Shown piece by piece: positions 1-14,902 of a DNA stretch of 64,000 nt (position 1 is the stretch's first letter; each line of letters opens with the position of its first letter). Made by a program: the position numbers and the translations under genes. The notes beneath the pieces were generated by a model. It made no database searches, was not told the DNA's origin, and worked only from the letters and a program-made list of their open reading frames with translations. The stretch lies in NCBI GenBank assembly GCA_012295275.1, contig CM022670.1:38874001-38938000 (forward strand), in the 5' to 3' direction. Origin of the DNA: Chrysomallon squamiferum. Lineage: Eukaryota; Animalia; Mollusca.

Positions 1-175
1 TTCCGTAATTCCCTGATTTGATTTTATAAGTCCATATTATTTTCTTATTTGAAAATCACAAAAAATTGTAAACCACAGTTATCTTTGTTTTATTTTATTA
101 GAAAAAATAAATTTATTTTATATTAAATTAGAAAAATTTTCAATGTTTTGTTTATTTTGTGTGTGTGCTATGTGA

Positions 176-310
176 ATGTATGTATGTATGTATGTATGTA
201 TGTATGTATGTATGTATGTATGTATGTGTGTATGTATGTATGTATGTATGTATGTATGTATTCATGTATGTATGTATGTATGTATCAATATGTATGTGTG
301 TGTGTGTGTA
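176..310. repeat. (TATG)n/(TG)n microsatellite
   Basis: Read directly. Confidence 0.95.
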
Positions 311-746
311 TTTTTATATGAGGTTTTGTTCTTGCTTTGATATTAATTTAAATCTATATAATATTTAATTTGTTACCAATCATTACATTCCTGTTTGATG
401 GTTTAATTCATCCTGCCTTCAGCAGATAAGTAGAGTGTTATTTATATATTATGAAATGGGATTTAACACTTTAAAACAATATAATTCATTATTGTTCTTA
501 GCTCTTGTCAAAATTTTGTATCTGTCTGCAAATGGAATACATTATCTGAGATTTGGTTCTGGTTTTGATGTGGCTATGATTACTTTGCACTAAAATTGTA
601 CATGGGAAAACATGTACTTGAGAAATGACCTAAATGCACTTCCTAGATTTAATGCTCTTTATATACATTAATGTTATATGGTCAGCTGGGTTGTGTTGTT
701 TTAAAAATATGTCATGCATTCTGAACTAATTTACCTGGATCTAAAG

Positions 747-750
<4 letters not shown>

Positions 751-826
<76 letters not shown>

Positions 827-853
827 TTTCTTTTTTTTTTTTTTTTTTTTTTT
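751..853. repeat. (TC)n microsatellite plus poly-T
   Basis: Read directly. Confidence 0.95.
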
Positions 854-1339
854 ACTACACTGGTTGATTATTCTTATTCTGATAATAAAATAGATTCTTA
901 AGTCAGTATATTTGAAATTTTTTATTTCTTAATGTGCTGGTGTTTTGAGGTTGTTGTTTTTTTTTCTCACTAATATTACCTGTTTGTGTAAGCTATCCTT
1001 GTTTGCAAGTAGCAAGTATTAGGTAATATGGCAGATGATGTTCCAATTTTATTAAATTGTTCCTTGATTGTGTGTATGGGTATATGTGTGTCAACATAAC
1101 CAGTTAATAAAATTATGTTTATAAAGTTCATTATGTTGAATTGAAAACAAAATATTGATTGTGTCTAATGAAATATATTTACAGTTGAATTATGTCATTT
1201 TAGGCAAAACATGATAGTGGACTTATTTATTTTTAATATTTTGGAAAAACATAGTTTGTGATGTTACATAAAGCAAAAAGTTATTTTTAGTTTGTAATTC
1301 ATAATGATAAAATGTTGTTGGTTTTTATTTATTTATTTA

Positions 1340-1387
<48 letters not shown>

Positions 1388-2589
1388 AAGTTTTCTTTAT
1401 TTTAATTTAAACATAGAAAAAAAATAGTTGGATACTTATTATCATTTTTCATTTATTGTCAAACAATTATTTTATATAGATAAAAAATTATAATCTACAA
1501 ACAAATTTTTACCAGGATGCTTACAGAACAATGCCATTATGATTTCATCTTTAAAAATTATTATTATTAATAAAACACACACAACACATTAATGCTATTA
1601 GATAGCAACCTCACACTATTAACATTTAAGTGTGCTGAATGTCAGTAAAAATTCATTCATGTGTCTTTTTCCTTTTATTCTTTGTTAAAAAAAAATAAAA
1701 AAGAAATTATTAATAATAATTAAAAAAAAAAAAAAAAAAAAAGAAAAAAGAAAAGAAAAGTAAAGAATGAAAACAAAAAAAAAAAAATGAAAAATGACAA
1801 AAAAAAAAAAAAAACAGCTTTGTTCCTGTGTGTTATGGGATGTAGTTATAGAGTGATCCCATTACTATAAATTTTGTCAAAGTGCAGATTAAGTTAGGCT
1901 TGCCCTGCAGTATATATTTGGATTTGAATGGTTAGATTTACTTCACTGGCTTAAGTTCTTATCCGGTTGTTAATGGCAAATGAGAAGGTGTGACATGATC
2001 AGAATAAATTATAAACCATAGTGAAATAAAATCTTTTGTATTGTTATAAAGGTCTGTGGAATATAATTTTACTATTGAGGATTTGATTTTTTGTAAGGAA
2101 CAAAGCACACTTTTATTCTGAAGTGAAATTAAAGAAGTGGTTGATCTTTCAGGAATATACAAATGACCTCACTTAGTCTGTGAGATATGTTAACATGTCC
2201 ACCATTATATCAGCCACGATTTGTCAACAATTAACTTCCAGTGCATAATAGACTGGTAAAGGTTTATTGTTTGTTCAGAAAATTTGGTGATGTATTGATA
2301 TCCAGTAGAGTAAATAAAAACAAGTCTCTAAAGAGAAGCCATTTATTCAGTTTTCAAAAATGTATTCATATTTATGAATTAAATTTACATGAGATAAGTG
2401 AAGAATTATTTTAAAAAAAGAAAAAAAAAGAAGTCTAAAACTATTTGCATTGTAAAAATCACTGTTCGATTTGTGTTGGGAAATAATAGTTGTCAATTTA
2501 ATTGGACATCTAATGAACTGTTTCTGTTTATGTAAATATTAGCATTTGTTCATCATACAGTTAGTCCTTAATGTTGTCTCCATGCATGG

Positions 2590-3171
2590 TACGTGGAGTT
2601 TAACAGTAGTCATTGTTCAGAGTGAGTGAAAGGTAACCAGTAATGCTGGATGTAGTTAGTACAAGTAGTTTCGTAGGACACTGAATTTACCGACCAGCCT
2701 TGTCACAAACATGACTGCTATTCACTGTTCAGTAACAACTCATGGGGAAGGAAATCCTGTAATCTTATGTGTGATCAATATGTTGGCAAGTTTGTAGCCC
2801 TACTTGCTGAGTGCCATATTATCACATAAGCACAGCAGCAGAGATAAAAACTTCAAACAAAACCTTACCATTGAATGACTGGAGTCCCGTCTTATTTGCC
2901 TTTATCACCAGAACAATCAGCACGCGAGTGTATTCAGCTTAATTATGAGACCTGACAATGTGGAACAGCATGTCTGGAGATTGTAAAAGTTTCTTCAAGT
3001 TCTGTTTCAAGGGAATAACTGCTCTGGTGTTCCTGTGTCGTTAGCCTGTACCTTGCGTGTTTGTCATGAATGGAAGAGAAGAAGTTACGATAATTTTCCG
3101 ATCATTGACTATCACCAAATTGGATGTTTGATGATTTTTGACACCGGAGTAACTTGATATGATTAAATCAG
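2590..3171 (+). other. Putative leader (5'UTR) exon of gene 1; start approximate
   Basis: Locally GC/CpG-richer block ending in strong donor TCAG/gtgagt at 3171; next clear acceptor is 4544. ATG at 3159 would open an overlapping uORF. Confidence 0.5.
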
Positions 3172-3606
3172 GTGAGTTAACTCAGTTATTATATTTGTTT
3201 TAGTTTTTTTTTGTTGTTGTTCTTGTTGTTGTTCATATTTTTTGTTTATTCTTTTGCATGTTGTATAAAAATGTTTTGTTTGTCAATTAATCTTTATTAT
3301 GTTTTGTAAGAATTAATGTATTAGACACCTGTAGAGGTCTGTTTGAGATAGGTCTTTATGGGTCACAAATAACTGATAGTCTTTTGATTATGATTAAAAG
3401 TTCATGTCATTCCATTCAGATCAAATACTGCATAAAGAGAACAATTTACATGGAATTAATAGGTTAACCACATTTTATTTCTGTCTACAAAATATTAAAT
3501 TTCATCATTCCTTCTCTCACAATTCAAATTATTTTATTTGGTATGCTTTTGTTTGAATCCTTTGATGTAATTAAAAAGTTAAAAGCCCTATTATCAAGTG
3601 TGTATA

Positions 3607-3643
<37 letters not shown>

Positions 3644-4349
3644 CTTTAAACAGATTTATAAAAGATTTCATATGCTAAATTGCTGTAGAAGTTCAGATTT
3701 CATAATAAATTGTTTTCAAATAGTTGTTTTTCTTAAATTGTATTAACATTTTAATTTCTTTTTCTTGTTAATGTATTTTTGTATTTTCAAAAGTTTTGTT
3801 TTACTTAAAATATCATTTTGAAAATTAATTTACTGTAATTGTTTCATTTTCTTTTATTATTATTATTATTGTTTCTATTTCTCCTTTTATACTAAATACA
3901 TAATAAACTTATACAATACTTGATTTATTATATGTATATTTGTGTTAACTATTGTTTATTGTATAAAAAAATTAGACACACTCATAACATAAATGATATT
4001 TTGCAAAATGTATGTGAACTATATTGATATGCAAAATACATTCTGAGAGCATGGAAGTACTTTCACCTATCAAATATGTTTTCAGACAAACTTAACAATT
4101 TTAATGTAATAATATTTCTTGCATAGGCAATTCTGATTCAGACATATCCAAATTCACATAAATAAAATTATTTCTTCACAAACATGTTAAATGCATGTTA
4201 GGAATACTTCTGGTGATATGACAAAAACAACAACAACAACAACAACAAAAGAATACAGAAAAAACAGCCAATAAAATTCAAAATAAAACCCACAATAAGT
4301 CCCATAAAAACACAACAAAATTACTTGCTATAATAAATTAAAGAATTAA

Positions 4350-4406
<57 letters not shown>

Positions 4407-4567
4407 CAACAATAATAATAATAATTCAGGTATGTTATATGAATTACTTATAGACAAATATAAATTTTAGTTGGAACATTAAAAAAAAAACACAACAACA
4501 GTAAAACAAACAAACTTATGTTTTACAAAAACAATTATTTCAGTTGATGAAACGGAACCGTCTTTGA

Positions 4568-4770
4568 ATGTGGATGGCACCATCAACATACCTTCAGGCA
4601 GCAGTTACCTGCTGCGACTCTATTCAAATCATGGGATCAGGGTGCATGGTTCACAAAAACCATTCTCAAAAGATACCAACAGTTCGAGAACTTATCGAGC
4701 GATTGGCCAAGAAACACGAGAAACTAATGCAGGAGGAAGCCGAACGAACAAGGGATGAAAAACGCAAAAG
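4568..4770 (+). CDS. Gene 1 variable first coding exon V1 (MWMAPSTYLQAAVTCCDSIQIMGSGCMVHKNHSQKIPTVRELIERLAKKHEKLMQEEAERTRDEKRK)
   Basis: Acceptor ttatttcag before 4544; ATG at 4568 (second ATG at 4631 gives MGSGC); donor AAG/gtggga; 203 nt = phase 2, in frame with exon 29581; charged helical segment. Confidence 0.75.
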
Positions 4771-5492
4771 GTGGGAAATGATAAAAAAAAATATATATAT
4801 AGATATATATATATATATTAAGTTGAATAAAAACTGATTTATGTGAATTTGTTTTATGTAATTGTTTTATATGAATTTATTTTATACGATTATTTTATAT
4901 CTGTCGGTTTTATTATCTTACTTATTGTCTTCAGACCTTTTTTATTTATTTATTTATTTTTCCATCTGAATACCACTGTGGATTTAATATCCCTTTTAGA
5001 ATGTATATCATAATACATATTGGCAGTGATTCAAAATACACACTATATTTGCAGTGTGATATAAAAACCAAAGCAAAACAAAATCAACCAGAAGCATTAT
5101 TGTATGTGCCTTATATAGTGCTACCATTGTTCAAATTTTGTTTTTCAGGTTTGTTTTTTGTTTTTTTGTTTTTCTCTTTTTTGTAGTAAAAGGTCATTAT
5201 TTATATAAATTATTAGTTCAAAGTGCTGTTACACAGTAAATATCTAATACAGAACATACCTGTAAAAAAAAGTATCAGTACAACAAATTTAGTTTTTAAA
5301 CTTTTATTTCTGATGTATATATTTCTAACTTTATACTTCTTGCTCTATTCTCTTTCTCATATCTGTTTAAGAAGAGTTTTACTTACATTAAATTATTTAA
5401 CAGAATTAAATTTGATAAATTGTTTTGTCCTAAATAACATACATTACGTTGTTAATGTTTGCAATGAATTTTGAATAAAGCATAGACTGAAG

Positions 5493-5820
5493 TGTAAACA
5501 ACATAAAATGACAGAATATTAAATAAAAATTATATCAGTTTAAATTAGCATATAAATTCATAAACTACTGAAATGTATATGTATATATATATATTTTTTT
5601 TTCTGCTTTTGGGCTAAATAAAAATTAATGTTGCACATGAATCACAACTATAAAATTGTAAACAACATAAAATGACAGAATATAAAATAAAAATTATATC
5701 AGTTTAAATTAGCATATAAATTCATAAACTACTGAAATGTATATGTATATATATTTTTTTTTTTTGCTTTTTGACTAAATAAAAATTAATGTTGCACATG
5801 AATCACAACTATAAAATTGT
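5493..5820. repeat. Tandem duplication, 2 x ~164 bp
   Basis: tgtaaacaacataaaatgacagaat...gttgcacatgaatcacaactataaaat starts at 5493 and again at 5657, near-identical. Confidence 0.9.
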
Positions 5821-8087
5821 TTATATACTGCTGAGTGACAAAAGCAATCTTTAAGTCATTTTTTTGTTTGTTGATTGTATAACTCAACAATTTAAAAAAA
5901 AAAAAATTAAATTTCTTTTTAAAAAAATGGGTTCACTGAGTTAGCAGGAATCTGCCCAGAAAATGTCAACTAAAATGTCACGATAAAAATTATTTTTAAT
6001 TGTTTTAAATAATTTCTTGACAGTTTGCAAAAATAATTTCAAAAAGATAAAATAGTTTCTACAAGAATATTATAATATAAATTATATTTTTAATTTGCTT
6101 TACTTTTAGAATCGAACATGCTATTTATTACTGATTTCAGTTTTAGTAATTTTATTAACTATAACAGTTTATTTCTAAAATAATTAAATGGTATTAATAT
6201 TTGACTTGGATTTTTTCCCCCCACAAAGACAGATGTATTTTATGTCATAAAGAATGTATTTTATGTTATATTTGCACTGTCAAATTTAACAAAAAACCAA
6301 AAAACCCCCAACAATTTAATTAAACCAAAAAAAAATAAATAAAAAATAAAAATAAAAATAAATAATATTAGATAAAAAAAAATAATAATAAAATTAAAAA
6401 AAGAAATATTTTTTTAATAAGTCAATTTTTATAAAAATAATTTATTACAAAAATTTATCTTATTTGGCTTTCCTAAAATGAATTCTCAGATAAATTCAGA
6501 ATAACTGGGTTTCTGTTCATAATAAGTGTATTTGTGTTTGTGTACAAGCACTTCAAACAGTACCTTTGTTATCACTTGACACTGAAAAGAGTGTAAAAAC
6601 ATTACAAAGACATGAAAGTACTTCCTGATAACCAACTTTATTTGTCACTAACAAAATCATTTTGCTTGTAAACAAAGGTTCTGACATAATATGATTTCCA
6701 TTTTACATTTTCAGAAGTTTCTTTCTTTCTTCTTTTTGAACTTCAAAATTGATTAAAAAAATAAAAATAATAATAAAAAAAACATTCATTAAAATATATT
6801 GAATAGATTTTTATTAAAATAATTTCTGTTTTAACATTATATTTTTAAAATAAAACAGTTAAATTTTTGAAAACACTATATTTATTTTTCATAAATTTTA
6901 AAGAATGTTAAGTTTAAATAATGTTTAGGAATATATTCTTTGCCCAAATGATTCTGAAGAAATATATGTTGTGACATAATTATACACCAGAGAAACCTCA
7001 TATTATTTTAAATGATATGGTTGAAGCAACATTTAAAAGTACTACTTTTTCATCTAAAAATAGCTAAGAAAATGTTTATATCTAGAATCGTATAATTTGT
7101 GAATCATTCTATATTTACAAGAAACAAGTTCAAACTGGTTTGTTGTCTCTTATTGTGTTTAGTTGATTGTAGTTGTGTGTGTGTGTGTGTCTGTGTGTGT
7201 GTGAATAATATTTTGCAGAATGGTGTAGCTGTGTATTGCTTGGTACTTATTATAAAACAACAACTGTTATGCGATTTGGTATGTTTGTGTATATATGTGT
7301 GTATAGTTTATTAATATTAATAGATGTGTAAATATTACATAGCAGTGTTAACCTAAAGGTTTTCGAGATAACTATTTGTTTTAACAGCTGTTTATATGTT
7401 TTAGAAACACGTATATTTGTTTTGATGATAAGAATGGTTACACTTACTACTGAGCAATGTGAAGTATTGATAATATTTTGAACATTCTGTTCAGTCTTTT
7501 CACTGAATTTGCATTCTTTCTTACCTGTGTGAGAATCACAAAATGTCTAATTAGACTGAGTTGAATTTTTTTCTGATTAATTCATGCTAATAAATAAATG
7601 TTTATATAATATAAATAGATCTGCTAAAATTATAATATAAATAGATTTTATAAAATATAAAAGTGTAAACATTAATTCATTTCTTTATAAAGGAAGGGGG
7701 AAAGAGAAAAGATTATTTATATTTTAAACTGGGAACTTAAGAAACTGAAAAAAAAAAAAAAAAAAAATTATTTTGTAATTCTTTATTCTATAAAAACTCC
7801 CCACAGATTGAGTCTATGATGCAAACGTGATACATTTTTTTTTTTAATTACTTGCCATTTATATTTCATAAGAAAGATATCACTATGTATTTTCAGTTTT
7901 AATTATTTTATTACCTGAATAAGAAATATTTTTATATATAAATAATATTTATAATTTCATTCTACATGAATTCAAAAATTTAGCCTAGTCATATTTTCAA
8001 AGTTATAAAAAGTGAACAACCAGAACATAATTTCTAAATTTATATATTCAGATTTATAATTTTGTCATCAACCCATTTGAAAAAAAA

Positions 8088-8126
<39 letters not shown>

Positions 8127-9759
8127 TATAAAATCCTGCTTAAAAAATGTATATATATATATTTTTAATATTTCCTTTCTTAATATAACTACCATTTCTG
8201 TAATTGTTTATTGCATTATTGTTCTTTATAATTATAAACAAACAAATTGAAGAAGAATATTGACAGGTTTTTGTCATATTGGTGTTGTGAATTATCTTGT
8301 CATGAAATCTGATACCAATAAAATGTCAGTCCTTCTGACAGGACTCAAGTCTCTAATTGGTTTCAACTGTTAATCGACTGTGTCAGCCAGATATAGCCAT
8401 GAAAAATAAACACTTCTTTTCTTTAAAATGAATTCTTTCCACCATGCTATGGTGATCACATTCACCCTACTGAGATAGCCAGTGATCTGGAACCCACAGG
8501 TATAATAATATTATTGTGTATACAGAGATATTAATATATGTTTTAGTGTTATTGAAAATGTATCTCTCGCGTTGTTTAATATATTACATTTTTTCACATA
8601 TAAATAGTCAATATAGAAAAATTGGACTTGTATATATATATATTTTTCCTAAGTGTTCTATGCCCTAATATATCCACCATCTTCTTTATTCAGATGGTCT
8701 AAGAAAGCAAGATTACTGGTCCCTTCTTGTAGAAGTCTGTTACAATAATGCATAGTACTGCATTGATTTACTCCAAGTTTGTAATATAAAATGTGACTTG
8801 ATATCTGTTTGGATCTCCATTCCTTAGCCACTGTAAACATTTGCATTTTTGATACAGTTCAGTTACAGGGACTGTCACGGAGAGAAACAGCTTGATAGCC
8901 CATTCCTTTGTTATCACCTGGTTTTCGGTTTGAATTAAGCCCAGCTTATTTTCTAATCTCAGTTGTTACATAGCAATCAATATTGCAAACCTGTCCTTTG
9001 AAACAATATAGTTAAAACTCTTTCAAGTACAATGGGAAATAATGAATAATTCTTCTGGATTTGAGTTTCATTGATCCAATAAGCTTCCACCCATAGCTAC
9101 TCAGTGTAAGCACTGGTTAAAAAGTATTTCAGTTAAGCAGACCGCATTATGTATTATATGTTGGTTTTCATAAAGCAGCAGCACTCCGCTCCACTTAACA
9201 TCTTTTGTGGGTAGTCATTTAACATGTAGAACATTTCAAACCAGTTATGTCTTACAGTAATGAGAAAAGTCTGGCTTCTGTAATATAAATGATTCAACCA
9301 GAGAGTTTTAAAATCACCGATGTTGGATAGAGATTTCAAAACAGCAGTGATGAATTACTTTACCAAAATTGTCTGTAACCAATACTGTGTACCAGTTGGA
9401 AATTGATGTTATTATGTTTAAAAAATGGAAGAGAAAAAAAGAAGAAAATTATAAAAATAAATAAATAAATAAATAAATATATTACTGTGGTGGTGGTGGT
9501 AATTCAATCACTGTGTCAGAAGGTACATTCTGTTTGTTCTGGGATTACTGAGTATTTCTCACACTAAGGATATTTGTTTTTGGTTCACAAAGTAAGGATT
9601 TCTCATTTTATCAGCTGAGCCATTTGCTGACTGAGATCTTCATCCATTTGAAAAGTGAATGTTTGTTTCGTCGTTACAATAATGAAATGGTGCTGGAGCG
9701 CTGTAGTTCAGAAACAAGGTACGTCCTGCCTTTAAGATACACACATTCAGGGTGCCACA

Positions 9760-9884
9760 ATGAGATCTTCATCAGAACATTCCGACAAATCATTTATGCA
9801 GCTTTTTAGCAGTCGGATGATACGATTGAAACTTATGCAGAACAACAGACGACAGACCATGCCTTTCCATCAGGGCTCATTCAG
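9760..9884 (+). CDS. Gene 1 variable first coding exon V2 (MRSSSEHSDKSFMQLFSSRMIRLKLMQNNRRQTMPFHQGSF)
   Basis: GCCACAATG start context, in-frame upstream stop at 9733, donor CAG/gtagat, 125 nt = phase 2; local CpG cluster. Confidence 0.6.
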
Positions 9885-11165
9885 GTAGATAGATGTTAAT
9901 GTTATTTTCAACTTTCATTTTTATTTACTTTGTAGAAAAGATGATCTCGGTTAAAACTTAATAAAGAAAAATCATCACTGAATTAAAAGTGCTTGTCTAA
10001 CATAATAAATAAAAAAATGGACATACCAATCTCTTTGCAGTAATAGGTATTAATCAGTCCACTTGAAGAATCAACCATTTTATTTTCTGAATAGAATTAA
10101 AACAGATATCCTAAGTGTGAGAGATTCTCAAATGACTTGAATAAAAAAAAAGTGAAAAAAGAATCATTAGTTTTAGCCTATTTTCATATAATGTAATATA
10201 CAACATCTGTAGGAAACATGAACCCTGAAACCATTCATGTATTGAATGAATTACTACTTATGAGATGCAGTTTATTAATGAAGCAAAATGATAAGATATT
10301 GAGTGAAATGAACTGTTTTGATTTAATGTTACATTATTGTTTTTCTTATCTGTATGCAAAAACTAACTCTATTGCTAACATTTAGTATGTATGAAATAAG
10401 TTTATCTAGATTACCAAAATATAAAGACGGATTTATGTGTAAAAGTCCAAGAAATCTGCAAATATGTGGATATGTATCACTCTGAAAGATGCTTCTAAAA
10501 GCTCAGTTCTTGATAATTTTCAAATTTAGTGCATATGTATATATGTATGTGTGTGTGTGTCTCTGAAAAAATTACCTATTTTGATCATGAACTTACCAAA
10601 TGAAAAGCACACTTTGACCAGCAGCAGTATTACCTAATAAAATATTTTACAGAAACACATAATTATTACCCTTTTTTCTTTCTTGTTTGTTATTTCATAT
10701 TATATCATTCATAACATGAACGTTCATTGAACCATAATCGATTGCTGCATAATGTGTTATGTAATTTGTTTCATTTAAAGTACTTTAATCAGTTATTAGA
10801 TCCAACATTACACTGCAACTTCCCAGTAGTGTTGCATTTATTTGGTTTATAAAGAAAAACTATTTTTATTTATTGTTAATATGAAGGTGGTGAGTTTTAA
10901 TTTGTAAAATGTAGAATCAGAGAGAATTTGACCTGAATGCAGTTCTGTACCATTCATTTTTACCAAAATCCAAAACCTTTTCTGAGCAGCAGAAATAATA
11001 ATATCTTACATTTTTCAGATTTTCTTTGGCATATACAAACTTTATTTTATGCACAAAATTATTAAAATTATAATTTTAAAAATCCTGCCAACTTTCTGTG
11101 TAAGCTGCACATGAAAAAGTAATGGAATTAATATTTAGATGATTATTTTCATGCTGTTGCCTTAT

Positions 11166-11244
11166 ATTCCAAAATCCGAAAATATTCTGAAATCTGAAAC
11201 ATTTCCAGTCCAAAAAATTTCACTTAAAGGATTCTCAACCTATA
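11166..11244. mobile_element. Degenerate terminal inverted repeat of a pogo/Tigger-type (Tigger4/MER46-like) DNA transposon
   Basis: ttccaaaatccgaaaatattctgaaatctgaaacatttccagtcc...aaggattctcaacctata resembles the Tigger4/MER46 end motif as recalled (ccaaaatccgaa...aaatccgaaacacttctggtccc...gatactcaacctgta); no partner end seen. Confidence 0.5.
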
Positions 11245-11649
11245 ATACATTTTATAATAATAATAATATCTGCACTGTATAAAGTATAAAGGTCAATATT
11301 AATTTTACTAAGAAGTGATTTGTGTCTAACCATTTGCAAAATATAATTTCTAAAATGAATGAATTTGAAACCACTGTTTGTATAAAAAAATAAATATTTT
11401 TTGACTATTAAATTTAAAAAAAATGTACTCAATCATTTTTGACAAGCAAGACAGTGTGAATACCAATACATTTTGCATTAGAAGCAAAATTGTTTGTAAT
11501 GAATATACAGCATTTGGGGAATGCCATTGACATTGTCATCTGAAATTTACTTTTTTATTTTTTACTCTAATTAAATTTTTTTTTTTCCTGTTTTATAATG
11601 ATTATATATTGTATATCTAGCTATTCATGAATCAGTTCTACTTACTACT

Positions 11650-11692
<43 letters not shown>

Positions 11693-14600
11693 TTTTTTTA
11701 TGATTGCACAAAAAAATATTTATATACTTAGCTACTAGTAGTGCAGGAATGACCAAGGAAAGATTTAATAACATTATGTTTTTTTTTTTTTCAAATGAGA
11801 AATTCTCCAGTCCAAGGATTTATAACAATTGCACTTTTTTCTTTATTTATTTTATTCTTAAATGAAAATAATATGATTATTGAAATCCCTCAATAAATGT
11901 TTCTGAACTGCATGCCAGGGTTAGACATTCTTTTGTTTGTTAAACAGATTTCTGATCAAGGTATCAAGTAGCCATTTACCTGTCAACTGAAACACCTGAG
12001 ATCAAGGGACGACATTATTAATTTTTCACTTCTTGTTTTCTTTCATGTTGTTCCTGGTAAACATGGGTACACTGGTGTACATAATAAAAGAAAAATAACT
12101 ATTATTTAGCTATATAAATTCTCCAGTATATAAATCAAATTAGGTAAAACATCAAACAGATAGGATATTTTCAGTAAAAATACATAACAAACATGTAATA
12201 TATTGTAATTAAAGGTTAATAAAAGGACTTACATATAAGTTTGCTATTGTTATTTCAAATTCTGGATAACAAGAGAATTTATAACTAGTTATTTTTTTAA
12301 TCAAATTTTTTATTCTGTATAACTGTTAAATCTCTTCTTGGACAAATATAGGTTAACCAGTCAAGTGATGAATTTAATTTTTTTTTCTTTTCTTTTCTTA
12401 AATAATAGGTGTACAAAAGTTAAATGCTTGGAAGTTACAGTTCATTGGATATGAATATATTTACATTTTGTAATGACTTCAAGCTTTGATTGGTATGTAA
12501 ACACATACTCATGATACTGCATGCTTATATCATTAAAAACAAATATATATCTTTAAATTTCAGATTTTATGATCATAGTAAATCATCATTCTGAAACTCA
12601 TAATTATAAAACATTATATCTTTCTCTCAGTTTAATTTTTTAACTTATATTTTTTTTTTTTTTTTAATCTATTTTATGCTTTAAGTGCACAGGAAAAGGT
12701 TCTTCCACCTTCTGTTATCCAGATCAAAATGAAAAAAAAAAAAAAAAAAAAAAATAGACTGATTATGTGCAGAAATTAAATAATGAAAATCTACAATCAC
12801 TAAATATATAAAGATTGTTCACTTTCCCCAAAAGAAAGAAAAAGAAACATAACAAAACAACAAAGCTAAAAAAATAAGCCTTTAGAGAAAACCCAGCCAA
12901 TAATATTGGAAATGATATAATCAGGCTGAGCCATCAAAAAAAAAAAAAAAAAAGGAAAAAAAAGAGGTTATTAATGTCAGGGATAATCTGTTGTTTAACC
13001 AGGTGACTTAGTATTAAATTTCAACCACATGGAGATTGAATGCAGATACTGTAGCCATAGTTGTGTTTTTGTGATAGCCTTGGTAAGTAGCAATTAAAAT
13101 TAAACACAGATAAAGATATTATATATGTTTTACAAGTACAAGTTTCAGAATTATGATTTACTGTGCATACAAAATTAAAATAATTTGGGATGTCTATAAA
13201 ATAGGGAATTAGTATAGATTACAACATTAATTATTAAATGGTTTGTCTTTATAAAAATGTTTAGAAAGAAAGATTTGCATATTAAGTGTGCAGCAGTTTT
13301 CTTTAAAGTTTTGCACAAGTAATTCAAAGGTTTAATAATTATGCACATAAATATGTTTTAAAGTATTTCTTTTGCAAAATTTGATTTTATTTCAGTATCA
13401 TCAATATTTCATGAGAATATAACATAATTATGTTTCAAGCATTCTAGAAATTCGAATTTTTAAAATTATGCCAACAATATTTTTATTTAATGTCTATAAT
13501 TATAAGCAGCTAAACACTAATAAAAACAGCAAGGATTTTGAAAAACAACAACAACAAAAATTTACATTTATTATTATATTTGATTAGATTTTTTAAACAT
13601 GCTAATCTTGTGAATGCTGTATTAAATAACAGACCATATCTATCACTTGAATCTTTAATTGCTGTAAATGTCAACACTCCACTGGATACAGTGAGTTTTT
13701 AGTATACTGTTGTATTAAAGCATTTACTGTAAATGTATGGCAGATACAGCTCTGTGATTTGATATGCAGAAATGTTAAACCATTTCAGTGACAAACGTCT
13801 GAAAGGAAAACGGTATTGTCATACTTTATTTTTAGCAAAGGTTGGTCAGCTGCTTCATATGAAATAGTTACAAGGTTTGGTAAACAAAAGTTAGTCTTTT
13901 AATTTAAATGTGAAAGAATGTTCTGAGTTTTCAGAGTTTGATGATAGTTACTGGTTGTCTTTCTTGTATAATTTTGAAATGTGTCTGCACAATGTTTCAG
14001 GAATTTTGTCTATTCCAGGCACCATCTACATTATACTGACTATTATGCATTTTTAGAAAATACTTGTCATTGATATCAAATATAAACTGAATTGTTTTCT
14101 TTAAAAAAAAAGAAAAAAAAAAAAAGTTAAAATACCAAATAATTTGATTTCACATAAAATTATATAAAAACAAAAACTTATAATAATATTTTATATATTT
14201 TTTTTAAATTGCTTTAGAACAGACATTTAGTATTGTAAAATTTAACATGACCTTCAAAACGTAAGATTTTATCTTTCATTTGCAATTTTTTTTTTCCTTG
14301 CTGAACAGGTTAATGGCTTTAATGTGTTTCATGACCAATTATTACTTTTTACACACTAGACATAAAGACAACTGTTGATGGATGTTGCCATGACAATATT
14401 GATTTTTTTTGTGCTTTTACTTATTGAGAATTGAAACTTTACCCAGAATTTTCATATCAGATATCATTTCATTACTGATTTTATGTTTTTGTTTTATATA
14501 TACACATATTCAAAATTTTAAATTTATAAAAACAAACTTTGTTTGTGTAAAACTAAATAGATTTAATATACTGTGGTTACTTATTCTAATACTGAAAACC

Positions 14601-14833
14601 ACTTCTTGATCACTTGTTTTTTTTATATAATGCTAATGAAATATTAAATTAAATATTTATTACATTTGTCTAGAAAGTTTTATTGATTACATTGTGAAAT
14701 GAAAACAAAGGTCCATTTATATTCATGCCTAGCGACCAGAACTGTGAAAAATAAAATAAAACAAACAAACAATATTAAACTCTATATTTGTATTTTTTTC
14801 GTTGATAAAAGAAAAAAAAAATTCCGACTATAA

Positions 14834-14868
<35 letters not shown>

Positions 14869-14871
14869 TAA

Positions 14872-14902
<31 letters not shown>

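Noticed and set aside
159-368. ORFs such as MCVLCECMYVCMYV, and similar ones at 44612, 47523-48026, 48596, 55861-56173, 57761-58117 and 61036-61282
   Set aside because: Translations of microsatellites, not genes.
13029-13082. ATG ORF ending at strong donor TG/gtaagt
   Set aside because: Phase 0, incompatible with the 29581 acceptor; at most a non-coding leader exon. It also shows that not every donor in the region is phase 2.
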